DNA from: a virus
IMG/VR virus record: IMGVR_UViG_3300043395_000996
Coordinates: 1-64,000 of that record
Strand: one strand, 5' to 3'
DNA: 64,000 bases
The translations under genes were made by a program, and so were the position numbers. Positions within the stretch are counted from its first letter, which is position 1; each line of letters begins with the position of its first letter. Shown one piece after another: positions 15,881-24,557 of the stretch. Under the pieces are notes generated by a model, which saw only the letters and a program-made list of their open reading frames with translations, was not told where the DNA came from and ran no database searches.

Positions 15881-16027
15881 TTATTTTGTTTTAGATTTGA
15901 TTGAATAAAATTTGTTAGTTTCAGTCTTAGCTTTTGCTAATTTTTTCTTAGCCGCTGTTTTATTTCCGGCGAATAGTAACTCTAATGATTCCATCATCAA
16001 AGTACGATGTTTAGGTAACTTATTCAT
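15881..16027 (-). CDS. 48-aa basic micro-protein (MNKLPKHRT...)
   Basis: Fills the gap between neighbours exactly; below ORF-track cutoff. Confidence 0.55.
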   Translation of the reverse strand: MNKLPKHRTLMMESLELLFAGNKTAAKKKLAKAKTETNKFYSIKSKTK

Positions 16028-16033
16028 AATTGA

Positions 16034-16264
16034 TTAATTTTCGTTAAATAATGAACTAATTTCAGAAGGACTATACCCATCTAATCCCAATACAACTACT
16101 AACTCACTTACAATTCCATAAGGTAAGTTAATCCAATAAGATTCTTCCATTAAAATATCAAAGATTTTTTGACCCGAATTTGGATATTCACTATTGAATT
16201 CCAATAATTTGTTAATGTTATCGACACTCATTCTATCGATTAACACTTTTGGTTGATTACTCAT
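16034..16264 (-). CDS. Hypothetical protein
   Basis: 76-aa ORF after promoter. Confidence 0.65.
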   Translation of the reverse strand: MSNQPKVLIDRMSVDNINKLLEFNSEYPNSGQKIFDILMEESYWINLPYGIVSELVVVLGLDGYSPSEISSLFNEN

Positions 16265-16282
16265 AACTGATTGATTTAAATA

Positions 16283-16334
16283 TTAATAACTCATTTACTT
16301 TGTAAATATACAGATAATTTCCGATATAGCCAAA
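16283..16334 (-). promoter_or_regulatory. Early-type promoter (repeat partner of 14131)
   Basis: TTTG-N20-TATATTTA. Confidence 0.78.
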
Positions 16335-16420
16335 TATTTTATGGATTATTTTTGGAAATTTAAATATTTTTATTAACCATCAACAGCTTACATATATAAA
16401 AAAATCATATGTGTATGAAA

Positions 16421-16472
16421 CAAAAAACCCGTTGATTTTCAACGGGTTATAAGTTATTGATTATCAATTAGT
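16421..16472. repeat. Tandem palindrome pair, copy 3; one member doubles as an intrinsic terminator
   Basis: Cores at 16432 and 16457; AACCCGTTGA-AAA-TCAACGGGTT followed by a U-tract on the minus strand. Confidence 0.8.
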
Positions 16473-17257
16473 TATATATGTTTGGGTAGTTCCTTATATA
16501 ATATATCAGCAAATACTTTCATAGCATCTATACTCAAATGATTTTCACCAAAAAGAACTTTGAATCCTTGCTTTTGCATCCAATGTTCTCCGTGATATCC
16601 ATTTTCTTTAGACCATAATAAAACATTTTTCTTTTTATCAAACAAAGGTAATGTATGTGGATTATCATAATTATTCACCATCGATTCATTAACCCAATTG
16701 ATAAAATAGCATTTACAATTTGGATATTCTTTTTCAATCCAATCAAACCAATCAGTAACTTTTGTTAATAATGCAAGATGTCGCTCTTCCATCAAATCAA
16801 AATTATCTCTGATTTTCTCCATCATTATTTGTAATCTATTCAAATCATCCCAACCATCATTTTCAGCCAATTTCTTTTCAATCAATTCAGCCAATTCCAT
16901 ACCCGTCATTGGTTCGGTTTGCTCTTCTATAAAAGAAAAATCTCTATATTCGTGCGTAAGTTGAAAAATGATATAATTCACATCATCCAACCCATTTTCA
17001 TTTACCCACTGTTTTAACTTCAAAAGAGATTCTCCATTTGAATGACCCGGACGTGAAACATTAATCTCTTCCAACCCCATTTTATCCGATAGTAATTTAG
17101 TCCATCTATTTTCTCTTATAAACTGCCTTTGTTCTTCTGATAATAGAGGCCAATTTCTACTTCTATCTTCCCAATCTTGTCCATAGTTTGGTGGATATGC
17201 CAGTTCCAATCCTTGCCCCCAAGTAAAGCTACATCCCGTATAAATTATTTTTCCCAT
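16472..17257 (-). CDS. SGNH/GDSL-hydrolase-like protein (GCSFT family)
   Basis: YTGCSFTWG block I, N.S.PG.SN block II, C-terminal ENHLS. Confidence 0.65.
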   Translation of the reverse strand: MGKIIYTGCSFTWGQGLELAYPPNYGQDWEDRSRNWPLLSEEQRQFIRENRWTKLLSDKMGLEEINVSRPGHSNGESLLKLKQWVNENGLDDVNYIIFQLTHEYRDFSFIEEQTEPMTGMELAELIEKKLAENDGWDDLNRLQIMMEKIRDNFDLMEERHLALLTKVTDWFDWIEKEYPNCKCYFINWVNESMVNNYDNPHTLPLFDKKKNVLLWSKENGYHGEHWMQKQGFKVLFGENHLSIDAMKVFADILYKELPKHI

Positions 17258-17263
17258 AAATTA

Positions 17264-17776
17264 TTATTTCCAATGATTATTCTCTCTTTCCCACCAAAAA
17301 GTTAAATCTTCTTTGGTATCATCATAGTAGTCGCCTACAAAATCGGATTTGAACACACTTCCCACATTTTCAAATAGAGTTAAGGTTATCAACTTCTTTC
17401 CCGTTTCTAATCTCTTTTTAACCCATTCAGTAACGTATGTATAGTTGCCCCCTCTAATTACCCCAGCTTCAACGAATATTAAGGATTTAGAACGATATGA
17501 GTGTGCATGTAATTTAAACATTTCATACATTTCATCGTTGTATTTCTTATTCCATACTTCATCGGGATAGGGAACATCGATTCCGAATCCATCACATATC
17601 TCACCATTATGGGTTAAGTGATGTCGTAGGATTTGAGAAACAATAGATGAATAATCCGTACTAACCGTTACTATTACCGAATTCGAAGCGTTAAAGCCCG
17701 CTTGAAGTAACTCATCCCCCAATTTGTGAATAAGATTCAACTCCTCCGTTTGTGATACGAATTTTATAGTTCTCAT
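17264..17776 (-). CDS. Phosphoribosyltransferase-fold protein
   Basis: LIFVEAGVIRGGNY resembles the PRPP-binding loop; start re-called to MRTIKF. Confidence 0.55.
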   Translation of the reverse strand: MRTIKFVSQTEELNLIHKLGDELLQAGFNASNSVIVTVSTDYSSIVSQILRHHLTHNGEICDGFGIDVPYPDEVWNKKYNDEMYEMFKLHAHSYRSKSLIFVEAGVIRGGNYTYVTEWVKKRLETGKKLITLTLFENVGSVFKSDFVGDYYDDTKEDLTFWWERENNHWK

Positions 17777-17778
17777 CT

Positions 17779-17868
17779 CTATTGATTTCTTTCCAACATA
17801 CATTTCCAACAAATCCCATCCGAACCGATTATCGAAGAGCATTTAGGGCAAATATCATTTTGTTGCAT
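17779..17868 (-). CDS. 29-aa C4 zinc-ribbon micro-protein (MQQNDICPKCSSIIGSDGICWKCMLERNQ)
   Basis: CxxC-x9-CxxC, AGTTATG start context like other genes, stop 2 nt before next ATG. Confidence 0.6.
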   Translation of the reverse strand: MQQNDICPKCSSIIGSDGICWKCMLERNQ

Positions 17869-17921
17869 AACTATCAAAAATTTTTGGGTTTACGACTGCG
17901 TTATCCCCAGCCCCTTCCCCA

Positions 17922-18557
17922 TTATTGAAATTTAAAACCTGTCAATTTTTCTATATCTTCTCTTAAAACTTTATTGTTATTAAGACCGTCTGGGTTAGAT
18001 AAGTCGTTATCAAATAAGTAGAAAAACCATTCATTAGATTTTTTGACGTGTACCACTTTCCAGCATTGTTTGGGAACGGCAGTACCACCGATTCTTTTTA
18101 GTTCACCTATGTTACCTGCCCATATGTGTACTGAATCTTGCTTAACTGCCCACTCTCTTGTTAAAGTTTCTAATGATTTCCAATCTCCGGCATTCAATCT
18201 ATGTGTTTGTGCTACCATATTAGAATAGTAAAAACACTCATCTTGCACAAATGGTGTTTGACATTGATTTGATTTTGCTGGCATCAAATGCCCTCTATCA
18301 TATCCACTATTTACATAATCTTGTCCAATGTTTGTTTCGGTTGGTAATAGTGGGTCTGGCTTAAAATTATCCTTACGAGGTAATGGGTTTGAACATCCTA
18401 CGGATGCTTTTGTTTCCCACCATTCTACCATTATAGGATACTTCTTTGATTTACTAAAATGTGAAACATAGTTTGTGTGTTTCAGTTGAACTACGTCTTG
18501 TGCAAATACAACTACTGTTGAAAATAACAATGTAGTTAGTAACAAAAATTTCTTCAT
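17922..18557 (-). CDS. Secreted DNA/RNA non-specific endonuclease (NucA family)
   Basis: Signal peptide; YDRGHLMP, YYSNMVAQ...LN.G.W..LE motifs. Confidence 0.9.
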   Translation of the reverse strand: MKKFLLLTTLLFSTVVVFAQDVVQLKHTNYVSHFSKSKKYPIMVEWWETKASVGCSNPLPRKDNFKPDPLLPTETNIGQDYVNSGYDRGHLMPAKSNQCQTPFVQDECFYYSNMVAQTHRLNAGDWKSLETLTREWAVKQDSVHIWAGNIGELKRIGGTAVPKQCWKVVHVKKSNEWFFYLFDNDLSNPDGLNNNKVLREDIEKLTGFKFQ

Positions 18558-18796
18558 TTACTCTTATTTAATTGCTTCGTAAAATAAATATATAACCCAA
18601 AAAATAACCCCGCTATACAATACAAAACGCAATTCGCTTTCCATAAATTTCCTGTCAGTAGAATTAGGGAATATTGAACGGCATCGAAGCCAAATGGATT
18701 GAAGAATAGAGCTAGCATCAATGCCATGTCTTTCAACAACATTAGTCTGTTTTGTTTTTCTTTTAATTTGTTTAATGCTTTTACTATCGCCGTCAT
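18554..18796 (-). CDS. Small two-TM membrane protein
   Basis: Two hydrophobic segments; ATGA coupling to the nuclease gene. Confidence 0.65.
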   Translation of the reverse strand: MTAIVKALNKLKEKQNRLMLLKDMALMLALFFNPFGFDAVQYSLILLTGNLWKANCVLYCIAGLFFGLYIYFTKQLNKSK

Positions 18797-18954
18797 TCAT
18801 ATGTGTATTGAATTTCGTTAATACTAAATAACCAATTTGTATATAAATATATAATTGTATTATTTAAAGGACTTTCATCAACTTATTAGGAAAATACAAT
18901 TTTTCTTTCTTTTTTACTATTTAGGTCGATATATATATTAAAATAATATAATAT

Positions 18955-19089
18955 ATGATAAACTTAATAATTGCAATTTGCGTAATGTGTAGCTCATTTG
19001 GAGCAATGATTTCTAAAACAACAACCGAATATGGTTTCAGAAGAACAAGACAACATACTGAACCATTAAAGCTTGATAAGGAAGTTTAG
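18955..19089 (+). CDS. Possible 44-aa plus-strand membrane/exported peptide (MINLIIAICVMCSSFGAM...)
   Basis: Occupies the intergenic gap; hydrophobic N-terminus; convergent 4-nt stop overlap with 19086. Confidence 0.45.
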   Translation: MINLIIAICVMCSSFGAMISKTTTEYGFRRTRQHTEPLKLDKEV

Positions 19090-20558
19090 AGTATCATTCT
19101 ACTTCCTATTAAGAAGTTATTAGTTACTTTTATTCCCGGCTCCGTATTTATATTTGCTTTATAGTTGAAACTGAATCCAAATCTTTTACTGATTCTATAA
19201 TCAAACGAAGCTCCCATTAAGAATCCAAAATTTCTTTGTACCATTGTGTTTCCCGTAAATGTATTATATCCAATAGGAGATGACATTGCAAACACCTGCG
19301 GTGATACAGTTAATTTTCTACTATATTGGAAAGGTTTAGTCCAAAATGCTACTACCGATGTAGATAGTGAAACATCCCATGTTTGCTCCGTTCCTTTTGT
19401 CATTAGATTAATTACGCCAACATTATATCCATATACACCATATTTCAGATGTGGTTTAATCCACGTATATCCTAATAAGCTCATATAATTTCCTTTCAAA
19501 TATGCGGTTGTTACTGAATATGAATTAATAGCATTTAATTTGCCACCTTTAAAATCCATTTTAGTTATACCACCACTTAACGCAAATTGGTCTAAAGAAC
19601 TCCATATCATAGAATTTAATGAATAGGTTACATCTCCTGCCATCGAACTTCTACTGATACCTACCGATGCTATTGCGTTATATACACCATCTTGGTCTTC
19701 AGCTGTTGTTAAATCCGATGATACTAACATTGGATTCATATTTTGAGCCTTCTTCTTTTCTTCTTTTTTCTCTTCCTTCTTCTCCTCTTTCTTTTCTTCT
19801 TTTTTAGATTCTTCCTTCTTCTCCTCTTTCTTTTCTTCACTTTTACTTTCAGATTTCTTTTCCTCCGATTTAGATTCCGATTTAGTTTCGCTTTTTGATT
19901 CTGATTTAGATTCGGATGAAGATGAACTACTCTCACTCTTTGTTTCAGTCTTACTTTCCGAAGATGAAGAAGATGATGAACTATTACTGCTACTACTATT
20001 TGATGAAGATGATGAACTACTACTTGCCGGTGGAGCAGATGATGTAGATGATGATGTTGGTGGTGGAGTTGAAGCAGATGAACTTGCAGCAGTTGATGCC
20101 GAACTACTTGCTGCTGAACTTGCTGATGATGAAGCTGCCGAACTTGCTGCTCCACTCGCCGCAGTTGATGCTGCTGAGCTAGCTGCACTGCTAGCAGCAG
20201 ATGATGCCGCTTGTGATGCTGCTTGCGATGCCGCTTGTGATGCTGCTTGCGATGCTGCTTGGGATACGGCTTGTTGAACAGTTTGTTGAACTACCACATT
20301 GGTAGGACACCCCATTACCGAATATTTCAAATAGGTTGCATCCAACCATATTTTCATTGCCCCAGCCTGAACTTCTAATGGTGTGAATGTTTTTACTTCG
20401 TTATAGAATGAAACTATTGCATTTCCGTTGATTATAGTTGTAGTTGCTATTTTAATTTCACCACTACATTTATCCACATAAGTTTGAGTATAAGTTTGTG
20501 CATTTAGTTTAAACGTAAGTAAAAATAATATTGTTATAAATGTAATCCACTTTTTCAT
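19086..20558 (-). CDS. Secreted protein with Ser/Ala and Glu/Lys low-complexity linker and C-terminal beta-barrel-like domain
   Basis: Signal peptide; (QAAS)n, (SSAA)n, (KKEE)n; C-terminal amphipathic strands. Confidence 0.75.
   Translation of the reverse strand: MKKWITFITILFLLTFKLNAQTYTQTYVDKCSGEIKIATTTIINGNAIVSFYNEVKTFTPLEVQAGAMKIWLDATYLKYSVMGCPTNVVVQQTVQQAVSQAASQAASQAASQAASQAASSAASSAASSAASTAASGAASSAASSSASSAASSSASTAASSSASTPPPTSSSTSSAPPASSSSSSSSNSSSSNSSSSSSSSESKTETKSESSSSSSESKSESKSETKSESKSEEKKSESKSEEKKEEKKEESKKEEKKEEKKEEKKEEKKKAQNMNPMLVSSDLTTAEDQDGVYNAIASVGISRSSMAGDVTYSLNSMIWSSLDQFALSGGITKMDFKGGKLNAINSYSVTTAYLKGNYMSLLGYTWIKPHLKYGVYGYNVGVINLMTKGTEQTWDVSLSTSVVAFWTKPFQYSRKLTVSPQVFAMSSPIGYNTFTGNTMVQRNFGFLMGASFDYRISKRFGFSFNYKANINTEPGIKVTNNFLIGSRMIL
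19740..20280 (-). repeat. Coding tandem and low-complexity repeats
   Basis: 12-bp units gatgcYgcttgY encoding QAAS; KKEE repeats. Confidence 0.8.
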
Positions 20559-20573
20559 TATAATATTAACCAG

Positions 20574-21296
20574 CTAGTGTCTATATAAATATACCTTTCC
20601 GATATTATCTATACAAATAGCACTCATATTCTCTACCCAATCACCACTATTGAGATATCGTTTACCATTTATCATTCTATCGGCTGGTTGATGAATATGA
20701 CCGCAAATTACACCATCACAACCTTTTTTGGTTGCCATTGAAAGTGCGGTTGTTTCAAAATCATTAACATAATTCGTAGCAACTTTAACACTGTTTTTAA
20801 TTTTTTGTGATATTGAGATATATGGTAATTTTCTCCACTTACGATATACGTTGTAAATTCTATTTAACCAAAGTGCGAAATCATACCCTATTGAGCCTAT
20901 TTTCGATAGCCATTTATATTTGGTTATAAAAACATCAATAACATCTCCGTGAAAAATATAGTAACTCTCCATAGTATTATTGATATCCAACTTATAATCT
21001 TCTCTAATTTCAATTGCTCCCAAATGGGTGCCGATGAATTCTTGTATAAATTCGTCATGATTACCCCTTATCCAGATTATTCTGGTTTTATTTGATAATT
21101 GTAATAATTTAGATATAACTTTAGTATGTTGTTTTTTCCATTTAGTTCCTCTATTCAAAGCCCAACCATCCACAATATCTCCGTTAAGGATTAATAATTC
21201 AGTTGGATGTGTTTCTATAAATTCTATGAATTCTTCTGCCTTTGAATCTTTAGTTCCTAAATGTAAATCCGATGCTATAATAGCTTGATATTTCAT
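20574..21296 (-). CDS. LpxH-like (UDP-2,3-diacylglucosamine hydrolase family) metallophosphoesterase
   Basis: SDLHLG, NGDIVD, GNHD, FHGD, GHIH motifs; YLNSGDW. Confidence 0.85.
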   Translation of the reverse strand: MKYQAIIASDLHLGTKDSKAEEFIEFIETHPTELLILNGDIVDGWALNRGTKWKKQHTKVISKLLQLSNKTRIIWIRGNHDEFIQEFIGTHLGAIEIREDYKLDINNTMESYYIFHGDVIDVFITKYKWLSKIGSIGYDFALWLNRIYNVYRKWRKLPYISISQKIKNSVKVATNYVNDFETTALSMATKKGCDGVICGHIHQPADRMINGKRYLNSGDWVENMSAICIDNIGKVYLYRH

Positions 21297-21396
21297 ATTA
21301 TCTTTTTTTAGTTATATTATCTACAATCAAACCAATTATACATAAAGATACAACGATAGCTAGTGAGATAATCCAAGGAAATATAGTGCCCATATT

Positions 21397-22092
21397 TTAG
21401 TTCCAATAGTTATGTGATTGTTTAAAAAATTCCGAATTGTTTCTATTAAGATAACATTTTACACTTAACCAAAACATATAAAAGAAACCTTTGTTTTTAA
21501 ATCTTCTTGCAGATGTCCATACCCCTTTTGTATTATGGATAGTCATTTTATCTACCTTTTGTGAAACCCAATAATCTTCTGCAAATAAATGTGTTTCATC
21601 ATATCCACCCGTTTTCCAATATGATTCGGTTTTCCATAATTGGAATCCACCAACTGCAAATGGTGTTCCTAATATATTACTCAATTTTTGCTGAATATCA
21701 AATAATCTGAATATCCAATTAAATCCTTTTTCAGTTTGAAATGGAACAGTTACTAAATCAAATTCATATCCCAAACATTCACCTAATATGAATTTGTTTT
21801 GTAAAAATATATCAGCATCTAAAAACAACATATAAGGAGTAGTTACTAATTTACTACCTTCTAATCTTGCCTTGGCAGGAAATCCTCCTTCTATAATTTG
21901 AATATCCAATGAATATTTAAAATCTCTTTGGACATAATATAAAAAATCTAAACTATCGCCTTCATCGGAAGTATCTGCAATAATAACTTTAAGTCCTGCA
22001 CTGCCAACTTGCTTTGCAATAAATGAAATACATTCATATATGTTATCTTTTTCGTTTTTACAGGGAATAACAATAGTCAGTTTTTCTTTCAT
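21397..22092 (-). CDS. Glycosyltransferase family 2
   Basis: IVIPCKNE, FLDAD, AED, TSARRF motifs. Confidence 0.88.
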   Translation of the reverse strand: MKEKLTIVIPCKNEKDNIYECISFIAKQVGSAGLKVIIADTSDEGDSLDFLYYVQRDFKYSLDIQIIEGGFPAKARLEGSKLVTTPYMLFLDADIFLQNKFILGECLGYEFDLVTVPFQTEKGFNWIFRLFDIQQKLSNILGTPFAVGGFQLWKTESYWKTGGYDETHLFAEDYWVSQKVDKMTIHNTKGVWTSARRFKNKGFFYMFWLSVKCYLNRNNSEFFKQSHNYWN

Positions 22093-22102
22093 ACCAATAA
22101 AT

Positions 22103-22131
22103 AAAAAACCCCACTATTATAGTGAGGTTTT
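22103..22131 (-). terminator. Intrinsic terminator
   Basis: Hairpin AACCTCAC-TATAATA-GTGGGGTT followed by a U-tract. Confidence 0.75.
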
Positions 22132-22154
22132 AATATTAAGAAATTATTAACAAA

Positions 22155-22877
22155 TTATTTTTCAAATACTCCCTTCTTAACCATTTTACCCAAAATGTTA
22201 GCACATGCTATATCCAAAGCCTTTTTGGTTGCAATTGAAATAGTTGATTGATTGAACTTTATTGGGTCTACCGTTGCATCCGATAATAGAGTTAATTCTC
22301 TTTTAGTAGTTGCTTCACCCAATCCAGATGCTGCTATAATAGTACCATTTTCTGCATTTGTGAATCTAACTTGTAAACCCAAACGAGTTACCATCATATC
22401 CTTAACACCATCTTTTAGATTGATGGTTTCATCTTCTGACACTGAATAATCGTAAACTTCAATTTCAACAAAATAATGTGCTAATCTAATCTTTCCTCTT
22501 CCATCCAATTTATCTTCAGAAATTCCTGCTTGTGATGCTTGGAATTGCTTAACCATCCTATTTTTAATTTCTGTCTTATCTTCCGTAAACGTAAAACGAT
22601 TAAGATTGTCCAAATATTCAAGCGTGATATTAGCCACACCCAAACCCACTCTCTTTTCTTTGAGCTCTGGATATTGCTCATAAACTTCATCACCAATACC
22701 ACATTTAAGGATTTGAATTGGAATTTGTTTTCCCTCATAATTTAAAAATTGACTAATGTCCGATTTTGTTTCGAAGGATGCTTTGTACTGCTCGGTCTTA
22801 ACGCTTCCGATTGTTTGAGCTAGTACTACAACACTGCTTAACAAAAAGAAACTTAATGATACTAATAATTTTTTCAT
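22155..22877 (-). CDS. CsgG/HfaB-like exported protein
   Basis: Signal peptide; GLGVANI..EYL..LNRF.F.E, LQVRF..AE.G.II..SGLGEA pattern. Confidence 0.68.
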   Translation of the reverse strand: MKKLLVSLSFFLLSSVVVLAQTIGSVKTEQYKASFETKSDISQFLNYEGKQIPIQILKCGIGDEVYEQYPELKEKRVGLGVANITLEYLDNLNRFTFTEDKTEIKNRMVKQFQASQAGISEDKLDGRGKIRLAHYFVEIEVYDYSVSEDETINLKDGVKDMMVTRLGLQVRFTNAENGTIIAASGLGEATTKRELTLLSDATVDPIKFNQSTISIATKKALDIACANILGKMVKKGVFEK

Positions 22878-22909
22878 ACATAAATTGTTTTTCGTTTATG
22901 TATAAATAT

Positions 22910-22936
22910 AAAAAAAGGGAGAATAAATCTCCCTTT
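22910..22936 (-). terminator. Intrinsic terminator
   Basis: 9-bp stem AAAGGGAGA/TCTCCCTTT, U-tract. Confidence 0.8.
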
Positions 22937-22941
22937 AATTA

Positions 22942-23199
22942 CTATCCTAATTCTTCTTCTTTATTTTCACTTTTTTTATGAGTGAACTTATCTAAAGTAT
23001 CAGCTCCCATTCCTATTGCCGTAATTACCATTACTGCGTTTACTAATTCTGCTGCGGGTTTGAAATGTTCTTCTGAAAATGAATTCGCTAACATTGTTCC
23101 ACATAAGAATAATGCTCCGATGAATGCTATTACCGGTTTTACCGATATTGCTCCTCTTTCATCTTTGAATAAATCAATTACCCATTCTTTAAAAGTCAT
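22942..23199 (-). CDS. Small two-TM protein (holin-like topology)
   Basis: Two TM helices, charged C-tail; FKDERG.IS.KPV motif. Confidence 0.6.
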   Translation of the reverse strand: MTFKEWVIDLFKDERGAISVKPVIAFIGALFLCGTMLANSFSEEHFKPAAELVNAVMVITAIGMGADTLDKFTHKKSENKEEELG

Positions 23200-23235
23200 A
23201 GCTTTAAATTTAATTGTTAAAAACTATGTAACCTA

Positions 23236-23850
23236 TTACCCCACCATTTCGGCATCATCATCTCTGATTTTACCACATTTTAAACACTCTTCATCCCCAT
23301 CACCATCTAAATCTCCCCAAACGTGCTCACATTGTCTATGTGCGAAGTATTCATCAATTTTACCATCACCATCAAAATCCAAACCATCCATTACACCATC
23401 ACCATCTTCATCGATTTCAGTTCCTTTCTTTGTAGTTTCAACCGCTTGTTTTACTTCTTCTGAAATAGGAACTTGTACAAATGAATCATTAATTGATTCC
23501 GATAATATCAATGGTTTAACATCCGTTGGTACAATTGGGTTATTTGGCATATCTGCTGTATTACTTAATGATACACCATCTTCCTCATCCATTTTCTGAA
23601 CTAACATCTTATCCTTATCAGTATCACTAAACCAATAGTCAATGATTTTACCATAAGAACCGATGAAAGCACCTAACATTAATAATAACAATTCTTTCCA
23701 TTCTGCCGATGATTGTGTTTGGTTCATAATTGCACCAAAAATACCACCTATAATGATTATGAATGAACCTAAAACTAACGCAGTGATATACCATCTGCGT
23801 TTCATCATTGAGTTTAATAAATCTTTAAATCCACTTGGTTGTTGTTCCAT
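23236..23850 (-). CDS. Membrane protein with two TMs, DxDGDG Ca-binding repeats and a C-terminal Cys/His finger
   Basis: DEDGDG, DFDGDG, DLDGDG; CEH...CLKC. Confidence 0.7.
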   Translation of the reverse strand: MEQQPSGFKDLLNSMMKRRWYITALVLGSFIIIIGGIFGAIMNQTQSSAEWKELLLLMLGAFIGSYGKIIDYWFSDTDKDKMLVQKMDEEDGVSLSNTADMPNNPIVPTDVKPLILSESINDSFVQVPISEEVKQAVETTKKGTEIDEDGDGVMDGLDFDGDGKIDEYFAHRQCEHVWGDLDGDGDEECLKCGKIRDDDAEMVG

Positions 23851-23856
23851 ACTATA

Positions 23857-24177
23857 TTACCATTTTGGAGCTTCTTCTTTGAACTCATCACCTTCTTTCT
23901 TTTTAGGTTTAGCTTGTGGTTGAGTTTGTTGAGTAGGAGCTGCTTTTTCTTTAATGATTACGGTCTTACCGCCACCATTATTTGATTGTGTTTGATTGTT
24001 TGTGTTAGCAACATTTAAGTTGATTACTGGCTGTGCTGCTGGTTGAGCAGGTTCACTACTTCCACCACCTAATAAAGTTGATAACCATACACCACCCGCA
24101 GTAACTAATGTACCCGCTACACCTATGATAGTCTTTTTAAGACCTGACCAAGTTCCATCGTTTTGTTCTTCTGACAT
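23857..24177 (-). CDS. Single-TM protein with Gln/Asn-rich tail
   Basis: KTIIGVAGTLVTAGGVWL helix. Confidence 0.7.
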   Translation of the reverse strand: MSEEQNDGTWSGLKKTIIGVAGTLVTAGGVWLSTLLGGGSSEPAQPAAQPVINLNVANTNNQTQSNNGGGKTVIIKEKAAPTQQTQPQAKPKKKEGDEFKEEAPKW

Positions 24178-24188
24178 TTTTATTTAAT

Positions 24189-24557
24189 TTATAGTTTGTT
24201 AAAATCCGTTACTCCTATAAGTATATTGTTTCCATCATATAAGGCAATTCTATATGCCGATGATGGTAAAGCGCTTGTATATACCTTTAATACATTATCA
24301 CCTGCTTTTACATCCATAGTTTCCTTTGAAACTATTTTGTTAGTGATATCTAATATTTTCACACTCACTGTTCCAGCCGTTTCCATTTTCACATTCATAG
24401 CAACTTCCGATGTTACGAATGGTGAAGCAAGTTTAATACCAGCTGCCGATACCATTTTTAATTCCGGTGCAACTTCCATAGTTGGAGTTGGTAAATCATC
24501 TTTATAGCATCCTGTTAATAATAATCCTAATGCTACTATTGAAATTAATTTTTTCAT
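24189..24557 (-). CDS. Lipoprotein with T9SS-CTD/FlgD-like Ig domain
   Basis: Lipobox LLTGC; V.VKILDI..KIV......AGDN...V.TS.LPS..Y pattern. Confidence 0.65.
   Translation of the reverse strand: MKKLISIVALGLLLTGCYKDDLPTPTMEVAPELKMVSAAGIKLASPFVTSEVAMNVKMETAGTVSVKILDITNKIVSKETMDVKAGDNVLKVYTSALPSSAYRIALYDGNNILIGVTDFNKL

Noticed and set aside
10565-16472. CRISPR array or FNR boxes as the explanation for the TTGA..TCAA repeats
   Set aside because: There is no repeat-spacer periodicity. FNR needs TTGAT-N4-ATCAA, whereas these have a 1-nt centre.
17777-17842. N-terminal extension of ORF 17264..17842
   Set aside because: It overlaps a better-supported Zn-ribbon micro-ORF in another frame.
19736-20188. 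His/Gln/Arg-rich 150-aa ORF
   Set aside because: It is an alternate-frame by-product of the Ser/Ala/Glu/Lys repeats in 19086..20558.
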